In this document: positions 33,868 through 41,802 of the stretch, in pieces | Layout of the letters: each line of letters begins with the position of its first letter | Position numbering within the stretch: the stretch's first letter is position 1 | From: an uncultured Desulfohalobiaceae bacterium | GTDB taxonomy: Bacteria > Desulfobacterota > Desulfovibrionia > Desulfovibrionales > Desulfothermaceae | Assembly (NCBI GenBank): GCA_964573115.1 | Contig: CAZNIP010000004.1 | Location: 1,190 to 65,189, forward strand | Direction of reading: 5' to 3' | DNA: 64,000 bases | The notes under the pieces: generated by a model | The model's input: only the letters and a program-made list of their open reading frames with translations | Databases searched by the model: none | Told to the model about the DNA's origin: nothing | Position numbers and translations under genes: made by a program

Positions 33868-35208
33868 TCAGAGTTGTTTGAGCAGCTGGTTGGCTGCCGT
33901 CAGCAGGGGATCCCAGACCGGCCCGAAAGGCGGGGCGTAGGCCAGGTCGCACTGGGCGAAATCGGCCACGGTCATCTGGGTGTGCAGAGCCACTGCGGCA
34001 GCGTTGATTCGGTGGGCCACCCCCTCGTTGCCCACCATCTGGGCCCCGAGAAGCCGCCCGGAGTCGGCATCCCCAATCATGTGCACCTTGATGCTCGAAG
34101 CCCCAGGGTGCCCGTGGGCCTTGTTCCGGGTCTCGATGGTGGCCGTTCGGGGGGAAAAGCCGGCCTTTTCGGCGTCCAGGGCGCTCAGACCGGTTGAGGC
34201 CACTTCAAGGCCAAAGACCTTGAAGACCGCTGTCCCGGCCACGCCCTGGATGCTGACCTCGCGCCCGGACAGGTGATCGGCCACGGCCCAGCCGGCCCTG
34301 TTGGCCCGCAGGGCCAGGGGAACCCACGTCCTCTCCCCGGTGACCACGTGAAAAGCGTCTGCGCAGTCTCCGGCCGAAAAGATGTCAGGATCCGAGGTCA
34401 GCATGGACCGGTCAACGGCAATGGCCTCATCAGCCCCAAGCTCCAGTCCGGCCTGGACAGCCAGCTCGTTGTTGGGTTGAACCCCAACAGCCACGATGAC
34501 CGCATCGCTGTCCAGGACCATATCCTGACAGACCACCTGGAGACGCTGGCCCTTTCCCTGAATGGATTCGATGGCCTGCCCGGGATGGATCTCAACACCC
34601 TGAGTCTTCAGCTCGGCCCAGACCATGTCCGAGAGTTCTTCGTCCATCCAGGGCAGGAGGACCGGTCTGGGTTTGACCATCGCGACCCCGATGCCTCTGG
34701 CCCGCAGAGCTTCGGCCATCTCCATGGCGATGTAGCCCATGCCGATGAGGGTCACCTGACGGACCTCGTTCGCGGCCAGATAGCTCTTGATCTGCCGGCC
34801 GTGCTCGAGGCTCTTGAGCACCAGCACGCCGTCGCGGTCAAAGCCCGGGAGGTCGGGAACCCTCGGTGACGCCCCGGTGGCGATGAGCAGCCTGTCATAA
34901 TCGGCCTGAAATGGAGCCTTGTCGGTGGTCAGCCCGGAGACCCTCTTGTTCTCCCGATCGATGGCGGTCACCCGATGACCCAGCCGGAGATCAATTCCAG
35001 CCTTGTCCCTGAAGACATGAGCCGGCCTGACCACCAGATCTTCGATGGGCCGATCGGGCTCGGCAATGTTGTAGGGCATGCCGCAGGCGCTGTAGGACAC
35101 GTCCTGGGTCTGTTCAAAAACGGTCACCTCAAGGTCGGTGACCTTTCTCCTGGCCCTGCTTGCAGCGCTCATGCCGGCAGCATCACCGCCTATGACCACA
35201 AAACGCAT
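33868..35208 (-). CDS. CoA-disulfide reductase / NADH oxidase-type pyridine nucleotide-disulfide oxidoreductase
   Basis: MRFVVIGGDAAGMSAASRARR and the single redox Cys motif SYSACGMPY, plus a second Rossmann fold VTLIGMGYIAMEMAE. AAGGAG precedes ATG 35208. Confidence 0.8.
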   Translation of the reverse strand: MRFVVIGGDAAGMSAASRARRKVTDLEVTVFEQTQDVSYSACGMPYNIAEPDRPIEDLVVRPAHVFRDKAGIDLRLGHRVTAIDRENKRVSGLTTDKAPFQADYDRLLIATGASPRVPDLPGFDRDGVLVLKSLEHGRQIKSYLAANEVRQVTLIGMGYIAMEMAEALRARGIGVAMVKPRPVLLPWMDEELSDMVWAELKTQGVEIHPGQAIESIQGKGQRLQVVCQDMVLDSDAVIVAVGVQPNNELAVQAGLELGADEAIAVDRSMLTSDPDIFSAGDCADAFHVVTGERTWVPLALRANRAGWAVADHLSGREVSIQGVAGTAVFKVFGLEVASTGLSALDAEKAGFSPRTATIETRNKAHGHPGASSIKVHMIGDADSGRLLGAQMVGNEGVAHRINAAAVALHTQMTVADFAQCDLAYAPPFGPVWDPLLTAANQLLKQL

Positions 35209-35336
35209 GGCACACTCCTTGGAAATCTCCATGAGAACTGATATGTCGACATCACATCCTCGGACAGCGTGATTGAAATTATCCTTTTTGACCACCACTG
35301 ACAACCTGGGCCGATCCGGCCAGACAGCGCAACCTT

Positions 35337-36674
35337 ATGGAAAAACAGCCTCTTGCTGAAGATGCGACCTCCATTATTCTGGAGTCCATTTCCGATGGTG
35401 TCTTCACGGTTGATGAGTCCTGGAAGATCACCTCCTTCAACCGGGCGGCCGAGAGCATCACGTCCATTCCAAGGCAGGAAGCCCTGGGCAAATACTGCTG
35501 GGAGGTCTTCAGATCGAGCATGTGCGAGACAGGCTGCCCTTTGCAACAGACCATGGACACCGGCTCGCCCTCCATCAACGTGCCGGGCTACATCGTCACT
35601 GGAGAGGGGGATCAGAAGCCGGTAAGGGTCTCCACGGCCCTGCTCAGGGACAGTGAGGGCACTCTCCTTGGAGGCGTTGAAACCTTCAGGGACGTGAGCG
35701 AAGTCGAGCATCTGCGTCGGCAGCTCCAGGACCGTTTCCAGGTCGGCGACATGGTCAGCCGCAGCAGGGCCATGGCCAGGATCTTCAAGGTGCTGCCGAG
35801 GATCGCCGAAAGCAGGAGCACCGTGCTCATTGAGGGCGAGACAGGAACCGGTAAGGAGCTTCTGGCCAGGGCGGTCCATCATCTGAGCCCCCGCAGGGAC
35901 AAGCCCTTTGTGCCGGTGCACTGTGCCGCCCTTCCGGACACCCTCCTGGAGTCGGAGCTGTTCGGCTACAAGGCCGGGGCCTTTACCGATGCCTCCAGGG
36001 ACAAGAAGGGGCAATTCGCCCTGGCAGACGGGGGAACCGTCTTTCTGGACGAAATCGGCGAGACCAGCCAGGCTTTCCAGGTCAAGCTCCTCAGGGTCCT
36101 CCAGGAACGGGAGTTCACGCCTCTCGGGGCGTCGTCGGCCGTCAGGGTCGATGTCCGGGTCATTGCCGCCACCAATCGTGACCTCGCGGACATGGTCGCC
36201 CGGCAAGAGTTCCGCCAGGACCTCTTCTACCGCATCAACGTGGTCCGACTCGAGCTGCCGCCGCTTCGGGAACGCAAGGAGGACATCCCCCTGCTCGTGG
36301 AGCATTTCGTGAACAAGCTCAACGCGGTCTACGGAAAAACCGTTCGCGGTCTGTCCCAGGACGCCCTGAGTCTGCTCATGGGCCACGATTTTCCCGGCAA
36401 CATCAGGGAGCTGGAAAACATCCTGGAGCACGCTTTCGTCCTCTGCAACACGGATCTGATCCAGGAGGTGCACCTCCCCGAGAACCTGAAAAACAGTGTC
36501 CCGCCTCCTGCAGCCGGCCATGAACTCAAGAGGACGGTTGACACCCTGGAAACGCAGACCATCAAAGAGGCTCTTGAGCGCAACCTGGGCAACGTGACCC
36601 AGACAGCCCGCCAGCTTGGGATGCACAAGTCCACCCTGTACCGGAAAATGAAGCGCTACGGGCTTTCCCGGTGA
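35337..36674 (+). CDS. sigma-54-dependent transcriptional activator (PAS + AAA+ + HTH)
   Basis: 445 aa with GETGTGKEL, ESELFGYKAGAFTDA (a GAFTGA variant) and the C-terminal HTH QTARQLGMHKSTLYRKMKRYG. The PAS domain carries CWEVFRSSMCETGCP. Confidence 0.9.
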   Translation: MEKQPLAEDATSIILESISDGVFTVDESWKITSFNRAAESITSIPRQEALGKYCWEVFRSSMCETGCPLQQTMDTGSPSINVPGYIVTGEGDQKPVRVSTALLRDSEGTLLGGVETFRDVSEVEHLRRQLQDRFQVGDMVSRSRAMARIFKVLPRIAESRSTVLIEGETGTGKELLARAVHHLSPRRDKPFVPVHCAALPDTLLESELFGYKAGAFTDASRDKKGQFALADGGTVFLDEIGETSQAFQVKLLRVLQEREFTPLGASSAVRVDVRVIAATNRDLADMVARQEFRQDLFYRINVVRLELPPLRERKEDIPLLVEHFVNKLNAVYGKTVRGLSQDALSLLMGHDFPGNIRELENILEHAFVLCNTDLIQEVHLPENLKNSVPPPAAGHELKRTVDTLETQTIKEALERNLGNVTQTARQLGMHKSTLYRKMKRYGLSR

Positions 36675-36703
36675 ATGGCCTGTCCCCTGGACAGGCCATT
36701 CAC
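36671..36703 (+). terminator. terminator hairpin overlapping the EBP stop codon
   Basis: GTGAATGGCCTGTCC-cct-GGACAGGCCATTCAC forms a 15-bp stem, with a T-rich tail further on. Confidence 0.75.
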
Positions 36704-36939
36704 CATCCTGTTTTCATCGTCAAGCAGCCGTGACATCCTTGGACCTCGCAGAACCTTTCATGCTCGTCCGGAACGTTCAACTCAGGATTGAATTCGTCGC
36801 GTTTTTGCAACTCATTGACGCGATTCTTCGCGAATCTGCACCACTTTTCTCCTCCACTCCACACCCTTTGACCGCTTCTTCTCCTTTAAAAATCATAGAA
36901 TGATTGAATATTATTTTTTTTGCACACTTTATGCAAAAC

Positions 36940-37329
36940 ATGGCCATGAGTCGTGTCGTGCTGTCAGTCTGGGATCATCGTGTATCCCCGGTCTTTGAAA
37001 CCTGCTCGCAGCTCCTGATGGCGGAGACGGGCCGCTGGCCGGCCGACGTTCAGGTCGTGGCCGCCTTTCTCCCTGGCGAGCCGGAGCTGAACCGGGTTTT
37101 CAAGACCCTTGAATCTGGGGCGCAGACCCTGATCTGCGGAGCCATCTCCAGACTGTATCTGAACATGATCACGGCTTCATCCATTCAGGTTGTCCCCTTT
37201 GTCACCGGTGAGGTCACGGAGATCATCCGGGCTCACTCCCGGAACCGTCTCAGTGCGGAACGTTTCGGGATGCCGGGGTGCCGGAGGCAGCGTCGGCGGC
37301 AGCGAGGCAGAGGACACGGATCATGGTGA
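36940..37329 (+). CDS. NifX/NifB-C-terminal-like (dinitrogenase FeMo-cofactor-binding fold) protein with an Arg-rich tail
   Basis: ...VLSVWDHRVSPVFETCSQLLMAE...TLICGAISRLYLNMITASSIQVVPFVTGEVTEIIRAH resembles the PF02579-type fold (recollection only). The tail reads GMPGCRRQRRRQRGRGHGSW. The start is uncertain (36904 TTG, or 36931/36940/36946 ATG, none with a clear RBS). Confidence 0.5.
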   Translation: MAMSRVVLSVWDHRVSPVFETCSQLLMAETGRWPADVQVVAAFLPGEPELNRVFKTLESGAQTLICGAISRLYLNMITASSIQVVPFVTGEVTEIIRAHSRNRLSAERFGMPGCRRQRRRQRGRGHGSW

Positions 37330-37366
37330 TCAACGTGAAGATAAGACCACACAGGAGGATCAAATC

Positions 37367-37585
37367 ATGCCACGAGGAGACGGAACAGGACCGGCAGGTC
37401 AGGGGCCGGCAACAGGACGGGGACTGGGGCCCTGCCGAAGCGGGCAGCAGGCGATGAATCGCACCCCTGAGGGGAATCAGGGTCAGTCTTTCTGGTCCAG
37501 ATTGTCCAGAGGGTTTCGGCGAAACCGCCCGGGTCAAGGGTCCGGCATGGGCCGGGGCCGCGGCGGTGGCCGTTCCGGGTGGTGA
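37367..37585 (+). CDS. DUF5320 family protein (copy 1)
   Basis: MPRGDGTGPAGQGPATGRGLGPC... is the hallmark N-terminus MPRGDGTGPxGxGPxTGRGxGxC. It has an RG-rich tail GMGRGRGGGRSGW. An AGGAGG RBS is present. Confidence 0.7.
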   Translation: MPRGDGTGPAGQGPATGRGLGPCRSGQQAMNRTPEGNQGQSFWSRLSRGFRRNRPGQGSGMGRGRGGGRSGW

Positions 37586-37641
37586 TGGCCTTTGTCAATG
37601 TCAGTCAGGAAAGCCAAGAAAAGCAATGGAGGACATCGAAC

Positions 37642-37992
37642 ATGCCATGGGGAGACAGAACTGGACCAATGGGTTGGGGACCAATGACCGGTCGAGGTTT
37701 TGGATACTGCAGCGGCAGTGAACAGCCTGGTTTTGCCGCCGGCCCGGGACTGGGCCGCGGCTGGGGCGGCGGTCGCGGCCGCGGCAGAGGCTTTGGCCCG
37801 GGCAGAGGCTTCGGGCGCAGAGGGTGGTATGGGGCCTGGCCCCCGGCAGCTCCCTACCCGTCATCAGTTCCTGCTGCAACCATGTCCGTTGAGCAGGAAA
37901 AGGACATGCTCAAGAGGGAGGCCCAAAACCTCAGAGAGACCATGAACAGGCTTGAACAGAGAATTCAGGAGCTTGAAGATCAGTCGTCCTGA
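37642..37992 (+). CDS. DUF5320 family protein (copy 2) with C-terminal coiled coil
   Basis: MPWGDRTGPMGWGPMTGRGFGYCSG..., then the RGG tract GLGRGWGGGRGRGRGFGPGRGFGRRGWYG, then EQEKDMLKREAQNLRETMNRLEQRIQELEDQ. A GGAGG RBS is present. Confidence 0.75.
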   Translation: MPWGDRTGPMGWGPMTGRGFGYCSGSEQPGFAAGPGLGRGWGGGRGRGRGFGPGRGFGRRGWYGAWPPAAPYPSSVPAATMSVEQEKDMLKREAQNLRETMNRLEQRIQELEDQSS

Positions 37993-38051
37993 GCCAGTCC
38001 AGCCGCCGGCAACCGGAGAGTCTCCGGGATGCCGGCGGCTCTGGTTGTCCT

Positions 38052-38990
38052 ATGAGTCACTACGCCACACTGTTTGGACCGGTCCCTTCCCGACGTTTCG
38101 GGAGATCTCTGGGAATCGACCTGACACCGCTCAAGACCTGCTCCCTGGACTGCGTCTTCTGCCAGCTCGGCCGGACCACAGTCCACACCGTGGATCGGAG
38201 GCCCTATGTTGACCTCGGACTGGTCATTCAGGAGCTCAGGGACTGGTTTGACCGGGACGGTCAAGCCGATGTCCTGACCCTGTCCGGCTCCGGGGAACCG
38301 ACCCTGCACAGCGGCTTTGGGGATGTCCTCGAGGCCATCGCCGAGACGAGTGGGCTCCCAAGCCTCCTTCTGACCAACGGGACCCTGCTGAACCGCAAAG
38401 AGGTCCGTCAGTCCGCGAGCAAAGCGAACATGGTCAAATCCTCCCTCTGCGCCTGGGACGAGGCCTCCTTCCAGGCCATCAACCGTCCCCATCCCCGGAT
38501 TCATTTTCAGGACTTTGTTCAGGGGCAGGTCGACTTCAGAAAGGTCTACTCCGGTCAGCTCTTTCTGGAGGTTTTTCTGCTGCAGTCCATGAACGACGCT
38601 CCAGAGCAGATACAGGCCATTGCTGAGATCGCAGGAGCCATCGAGCCGGACAGGATCCAGCTGAACACCGTGGACCGCCCGCCTGCAGAGACCTACGCCC
38701 GCCCGGTGCCTCTGGAACAGCTGAGAGTGGCCAGGGAGACCTTTGGCCCCAGGGCCGAGATCATCGCCCGGCAGCCGGTTTCACCCGGCGCCAGGGCTTC
38801 CCTGACCAGGGAGGCCATCGTGAACATGCTCCGCAGACGCCCGGCGACCATGGAGCAGCTCTGCAATCTGACAGGCAGGCATCGCAACGAAATCGCCAAG
38901 ATCATGGCCCAGCTCCATGAGGAAGGAACGGTGACCTGGCGGACCACCCACGGGGAGCAGTTCTACCTGGTTCCTGAATTCAAGGCATGA
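38052..38990 (+). CDS. radical SAM protein with a C-terminal winged-helix-like extension
   Basis: GPVPSRRFGRSLGIDLTPLKTCSLDCVFCQLG contains the CxxxCxxC motif. The C-terminus is ...MLRRRPATMEQLCNLTGRHRNEIAKIMAQLHEEGTV. Confidence 0.85.
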   Translation: MSHYATLFGPVPSRRFGRSLGIDLTPLKTCSLDCVFCQLGRTTVHTVDRRPYVDLGLVIQELRDWFDRDGQADVLTLSGSGEPTLHSGFGDVLEAIAETSGLPSLLLTNGTLLNRKEVRQSASKANMVKSSLCAWDEASFQAINRPHPRIHFQDFVQGQVDFRKVYSGQLFLEVFLLQSMNDAPEQIQAIAEIAGAIEPDRIQLNTVDRPPAETYARPVPLEQLRVARETFGPRAEIIARQPVSPGARASLTREAIVNMLRRRPATMEQLCNLTGRHRNEIAKIMAQLHEEGTVTWRTTHGEQFYLVPEFKA

Positions 38991-39146
38991 TCCAGTTTTT
39001 GAGGGGGCCTCACTCCCCGCGGAAAGGTGTTGCCCTGCGGGCATTCGTGTTGCCTCCTCCCTGCAAATCAAGTAAGATCCCCCATCGCCTGTGATGACGT
39101 TCCATACGAGCCCGGCCGGAGGCCGGACTGAAGAGGTTGTCTGTTC

Positions 39147-39578
39147 ATGAAGCTCTCGACACGCAGCAGGTACGGCATTCGATTGCTGGCCGACATCGCC
39201 CGACAAGGGAACAGCGCAGTGGTCACCCTCCAGGAGGTGGCCGACCGGCAGAACATCTCTTTCAAGTATCTGGAGAAGATCACCAGAATCTTAAAAGAAG
39301 CCGGATACCTGTCCGGTAAAAAGGGACCAAACGGCGGGCATCGCCTGAACCGCTTTCCCCAGGACATCCTCATCGGTGACCTGGTGATCGTCCTCGAGGG
39401 CAACCTTGAGCTCGTGGACTGCACCAAAGGCGATCAACCCTGTCCGCGGCTCCCTAGCTGCCGCACCCATCAGGTCTGGGACGATCTGAAAAACATCATC
39501 CACCAGAAGCTCAACGCCATCAGTCTGGCCGACCTCATCCGCGATGAGGAGGAGTGCACTCTGATGTTCAGGAATTGA
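39147..39578 (+). CDS. Rrf2-family (IscR-like) transcriptional regulator with three-Cys cluster motif
   Basis: MKLSTRSRYGIRLLADIAR...VTLQEVADRQNISFKYLEKITRILKEAGYL...VDCTKGDQPCPRLPSCRTH. Confidence 0.9.
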   Translation: MKLSTRSRYGIRLLADIARQGNSAVVTLQEVADRQNISFKYLEKITRILKEAGYLSGKKGPNGGHRLNRFPQDILIGDLVIVLEGNLELVDCTKGDQPCPRLPSCRTHQVWDDLKNIIHQKLNAISLADLIRDEEECTLMFRN

Positions 39579-39855
39579 TGGCTTTCCTGGTGGTTCACCG
39601 AATCTGCACTCCATGGTTCCAACTCTCCAACACTGCCCTGCCCCAATGCACTGCAGTTCCCTGACACCGGCCCGATCCTTTTATTCTCCGTATTGACACG
39701 CTTGAGGCCGTCCTGATATGGATCTGCATTTGTTTTTTGCACGACTTGATATGCTCCCCGGCATTTTCCTGCGGCTGCCAGGCCATTGATCTGAATCCAC
39801 CGCTGGCAGTGCTTCAACCGGGTCTGACCTTCACTCTCTGAACACAGGAGGATCT

Positions 39856-40536
39856 ATGATTGTCGCCAAGAGAAAGCCCTTTGATGAAATCAAGACATCC
39901 GTCGACGAGTACGCAAAGATTCTGACCGTGGGATGCGGCACCTGCGTGGCCGTATGCCTGGCTGGCGGCGAAAAGGAAGTGGCCAACCTGAACGCCGAGC
40001 TTGAAATGGCCAGAAAGATCGCCAAGAAGCCGGTTGAGCTGGGGGCCAAAACGGTTGAGCGTCAGTGCGACATGGAGTTCCTGGCAGAGCTCGATTCCAT
40101 GGTCAGCGACTACGATGCCCTGATTTCCCTGGCCTGCGGGGTCGGGGTTCAGTTCCTGGCCGAACGATACCCGCATATTCCTGTCTTTCCCGGTGTGGAC
40201 ACCACCTTCATGGGCGCCAACCGGGATGTCGGCTGGTACGAAGAGCGGTGCCGCGGCTGCGGGACATGCGTCCTGGCCTACACCGCCGGCATCTGTCCGG
40301 TGACCACCTGCGCCAAGGGACTGTTCAACGGCCCCTGCGGCGGGACCAATGCCGGAAGTTGCGAGGTCGACCCCTCCCAGCCCTGTGCCTGGTACAACAT
40401 CTACCATCGACTGGCGCAGCAGGGTCGGCTGGACAACATCATGACGGTCTTCCCGGCCACGGAGTGGCGGAATCAGATCCCCAGAACCGTGATCCAGCCC
40501 GGCTACGAACAGAAAGTCACGAGTGAAAAAGCCTAG
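39856..40536 (+). CDS. methylenetetrahydrofolate-reductase C-terminal-domain (MetV-like) Cys-rich protein
   Basis: Carries GCGTCVAVCLAGG, RCRGCGTCVLAYTAGICPV and the hallmark LFNGPCGG. An AGGAGGA RBS is present. Confidence 0.75.
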   Translation: MIVAKRKPFDEIKTSVDEYAKILTVGCGTCVAVCLAGGEKEVANLNAELEMARKIAKKPVELGAKTVERQCDMEFLAELDSMVSDYDALISLACGVGVQFLAERYPHIPVFPGVDTTFMGANRDVGWYEERCRGCGTCVLAYTAGICPVTTCAKGLFNGPCGGTNAGSCEVDPSQPCAWYNIYHRLAQQGRLDNIMTVFPATEWRNQIPRTVIQPGYEQKVTSEKA

Positions 40537-40566
40537 CGCCCTACCCCAAACATAAGGAGCTCCCAA

Positions 40567-41802
40567 TTGAAGAGCAAAAGTGTCATCATCATCGGCGGTG
40601 GCATTGCCGGTCTGACTGCTGCATGGGAACTGGCCCAGCAGGATGTGGGTGTGCATCTCGTTGAGAAGGGTCATTTCCTGGGAGGTCATGCCATTCACTA
40701 CAACTGCAAGGCCACAGACGTGTGTCAGCAATGCGATGCCTGCACAGTGGAGAAAATGCTCAAAAACGTGGTCTCCGAACCTCGCATCACTGTGCATCTG
40801 GCCTCGAACGTTCAGAGCATCTCAAAGAACACAGGCTTCGCAGTCACCTTGGACAAGAGGGCCCAGTACGCCTCTCCCCGGGAGCAGGAGCACCTGTCGG
40901 CAGCCTATGCCCGCTGCCCTGTCCCTGGAGCCATTCTGCGGGGAAGGTCCATCAACAACTCCCCCCTGTTCGCCCTGGATGAAAGCCTGCTTCCGCAGCT
41001 CAAGGACCAGCTCCCGGACCTCTTCGGACCGGACGGGCTGGATGCGAACAAAGAACCAGCTCAGGAAACCCTCAAGGCCGACGCCGTCATCCTGGCCACA
41101 GGGTTTGAACCATTCCACCCTGAAGACAAACCCACCTACAACTCGGCCTCTCTGAAGAACGTGGTTTCCGCCCTGGACATGGAAAAGATCAAGAAGGAGC
41201 AGGGACACTACGTTCGCCCTTCCGACGGACGGCCTCCGCACAGAGTGGCCTTTATTCAGTGCGTCGGCAGCAGGAATGAGCAGCTCGGACACCTGTGGTG
41301 CTCCCACGTCTGCTGCCCCTACGCCCTGCGCATGGCCGAGGTGATGAAGAAAGACGATTCAGAGACAGACATCACGGTCTTTTACATGGATATTCAAAAC
41401 ATCGGCAGGGACCATCCGTCGTTTTACCAGCAATGCCAGTCAGACTTCCGTTTCGTGCGGAACATCCCGGTGGACATCTACCCCGGGGAGAACGACTCCA
41501 TGCTGGTCAGCTACATGGATGAGAGCGACGAAAAGGTCATCCGCGACCCTTTCGATCTCGTGGTCCTCTCGGTGGGGATCATGCCTGGACAGGACAATGC
41601 CCGGCTGGCCGAAATGGCCGACATTTCCCTGACACCCAATGGGTTCCTTCAGTCCGCAAGCGAGCTTGACACCACCTCCACCGCCGTGGAGGGCATCTTT
41701 GCTGCCGGGACGGCCACAGGGCCAAAGAGCATTGCCGAGAGCATGGTCAATGCCGGGCAGGCCGTGCGCAATACGGTCAAACACTTAGGGGTATCCAAAT
41801 GA
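40567..41802 (+). CDS. HdrA-like FAD-dependent oxidoreductase
   Basis: TTG start 7 nt after AAGGAG. VIIIGGGIAGLTAAWELAQ is the dinucleotide fold. It also has VCQQCDAC, and QCVGSRNEQLGHLWCSHVCC is typical of the HdrA Fe-S region. Confidence 0.75.
   Translation: MKSKSVIIIGGGIAGLTAAWELAQQDVGVHLVEKGHFLGGHAIHYNCKATDVCQQCDACTVEKMLKNVVSEPRITVHLASNVQSISKNTGFAVTLDKRAQYASPREQEHLSAAYARCPVPGAILRGRSINNSPLFALDESLLPQLKDQLPDLFGPDGLDANKEPAQETLKADAVILATGFEPFHPEDKPTYNSASLKNVVSALDMEKIKKEQGHYVRPSDGRPPHRVAFIQCVGSRNEQLGHLWCSHVCCPYALRMAEVMKKDDSETDITVFYMDIQNIGRDHPSFYQQCQSDFRFVRNIPVDIYPGENDSMLVSYMDESDEKVIRDPFDLVVLSVGIMPGQDNARLAEMADISLTPNGFLQSASELDTTSTAVEGIFAAGTATGPKSIAESMVNAGQAVRNTVKHLGVSK

Noticed and set aside
36922-36937. 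TTGCACactttATGCA as a sigma-54 promoter for the NifX-like operon.
   Set aside because: The spacing is right, but the nearly invariant -24 GG is TG, and the predicted TSS would fall on or after the candidate start codons. It is kept only as part of the shared-motif finding.
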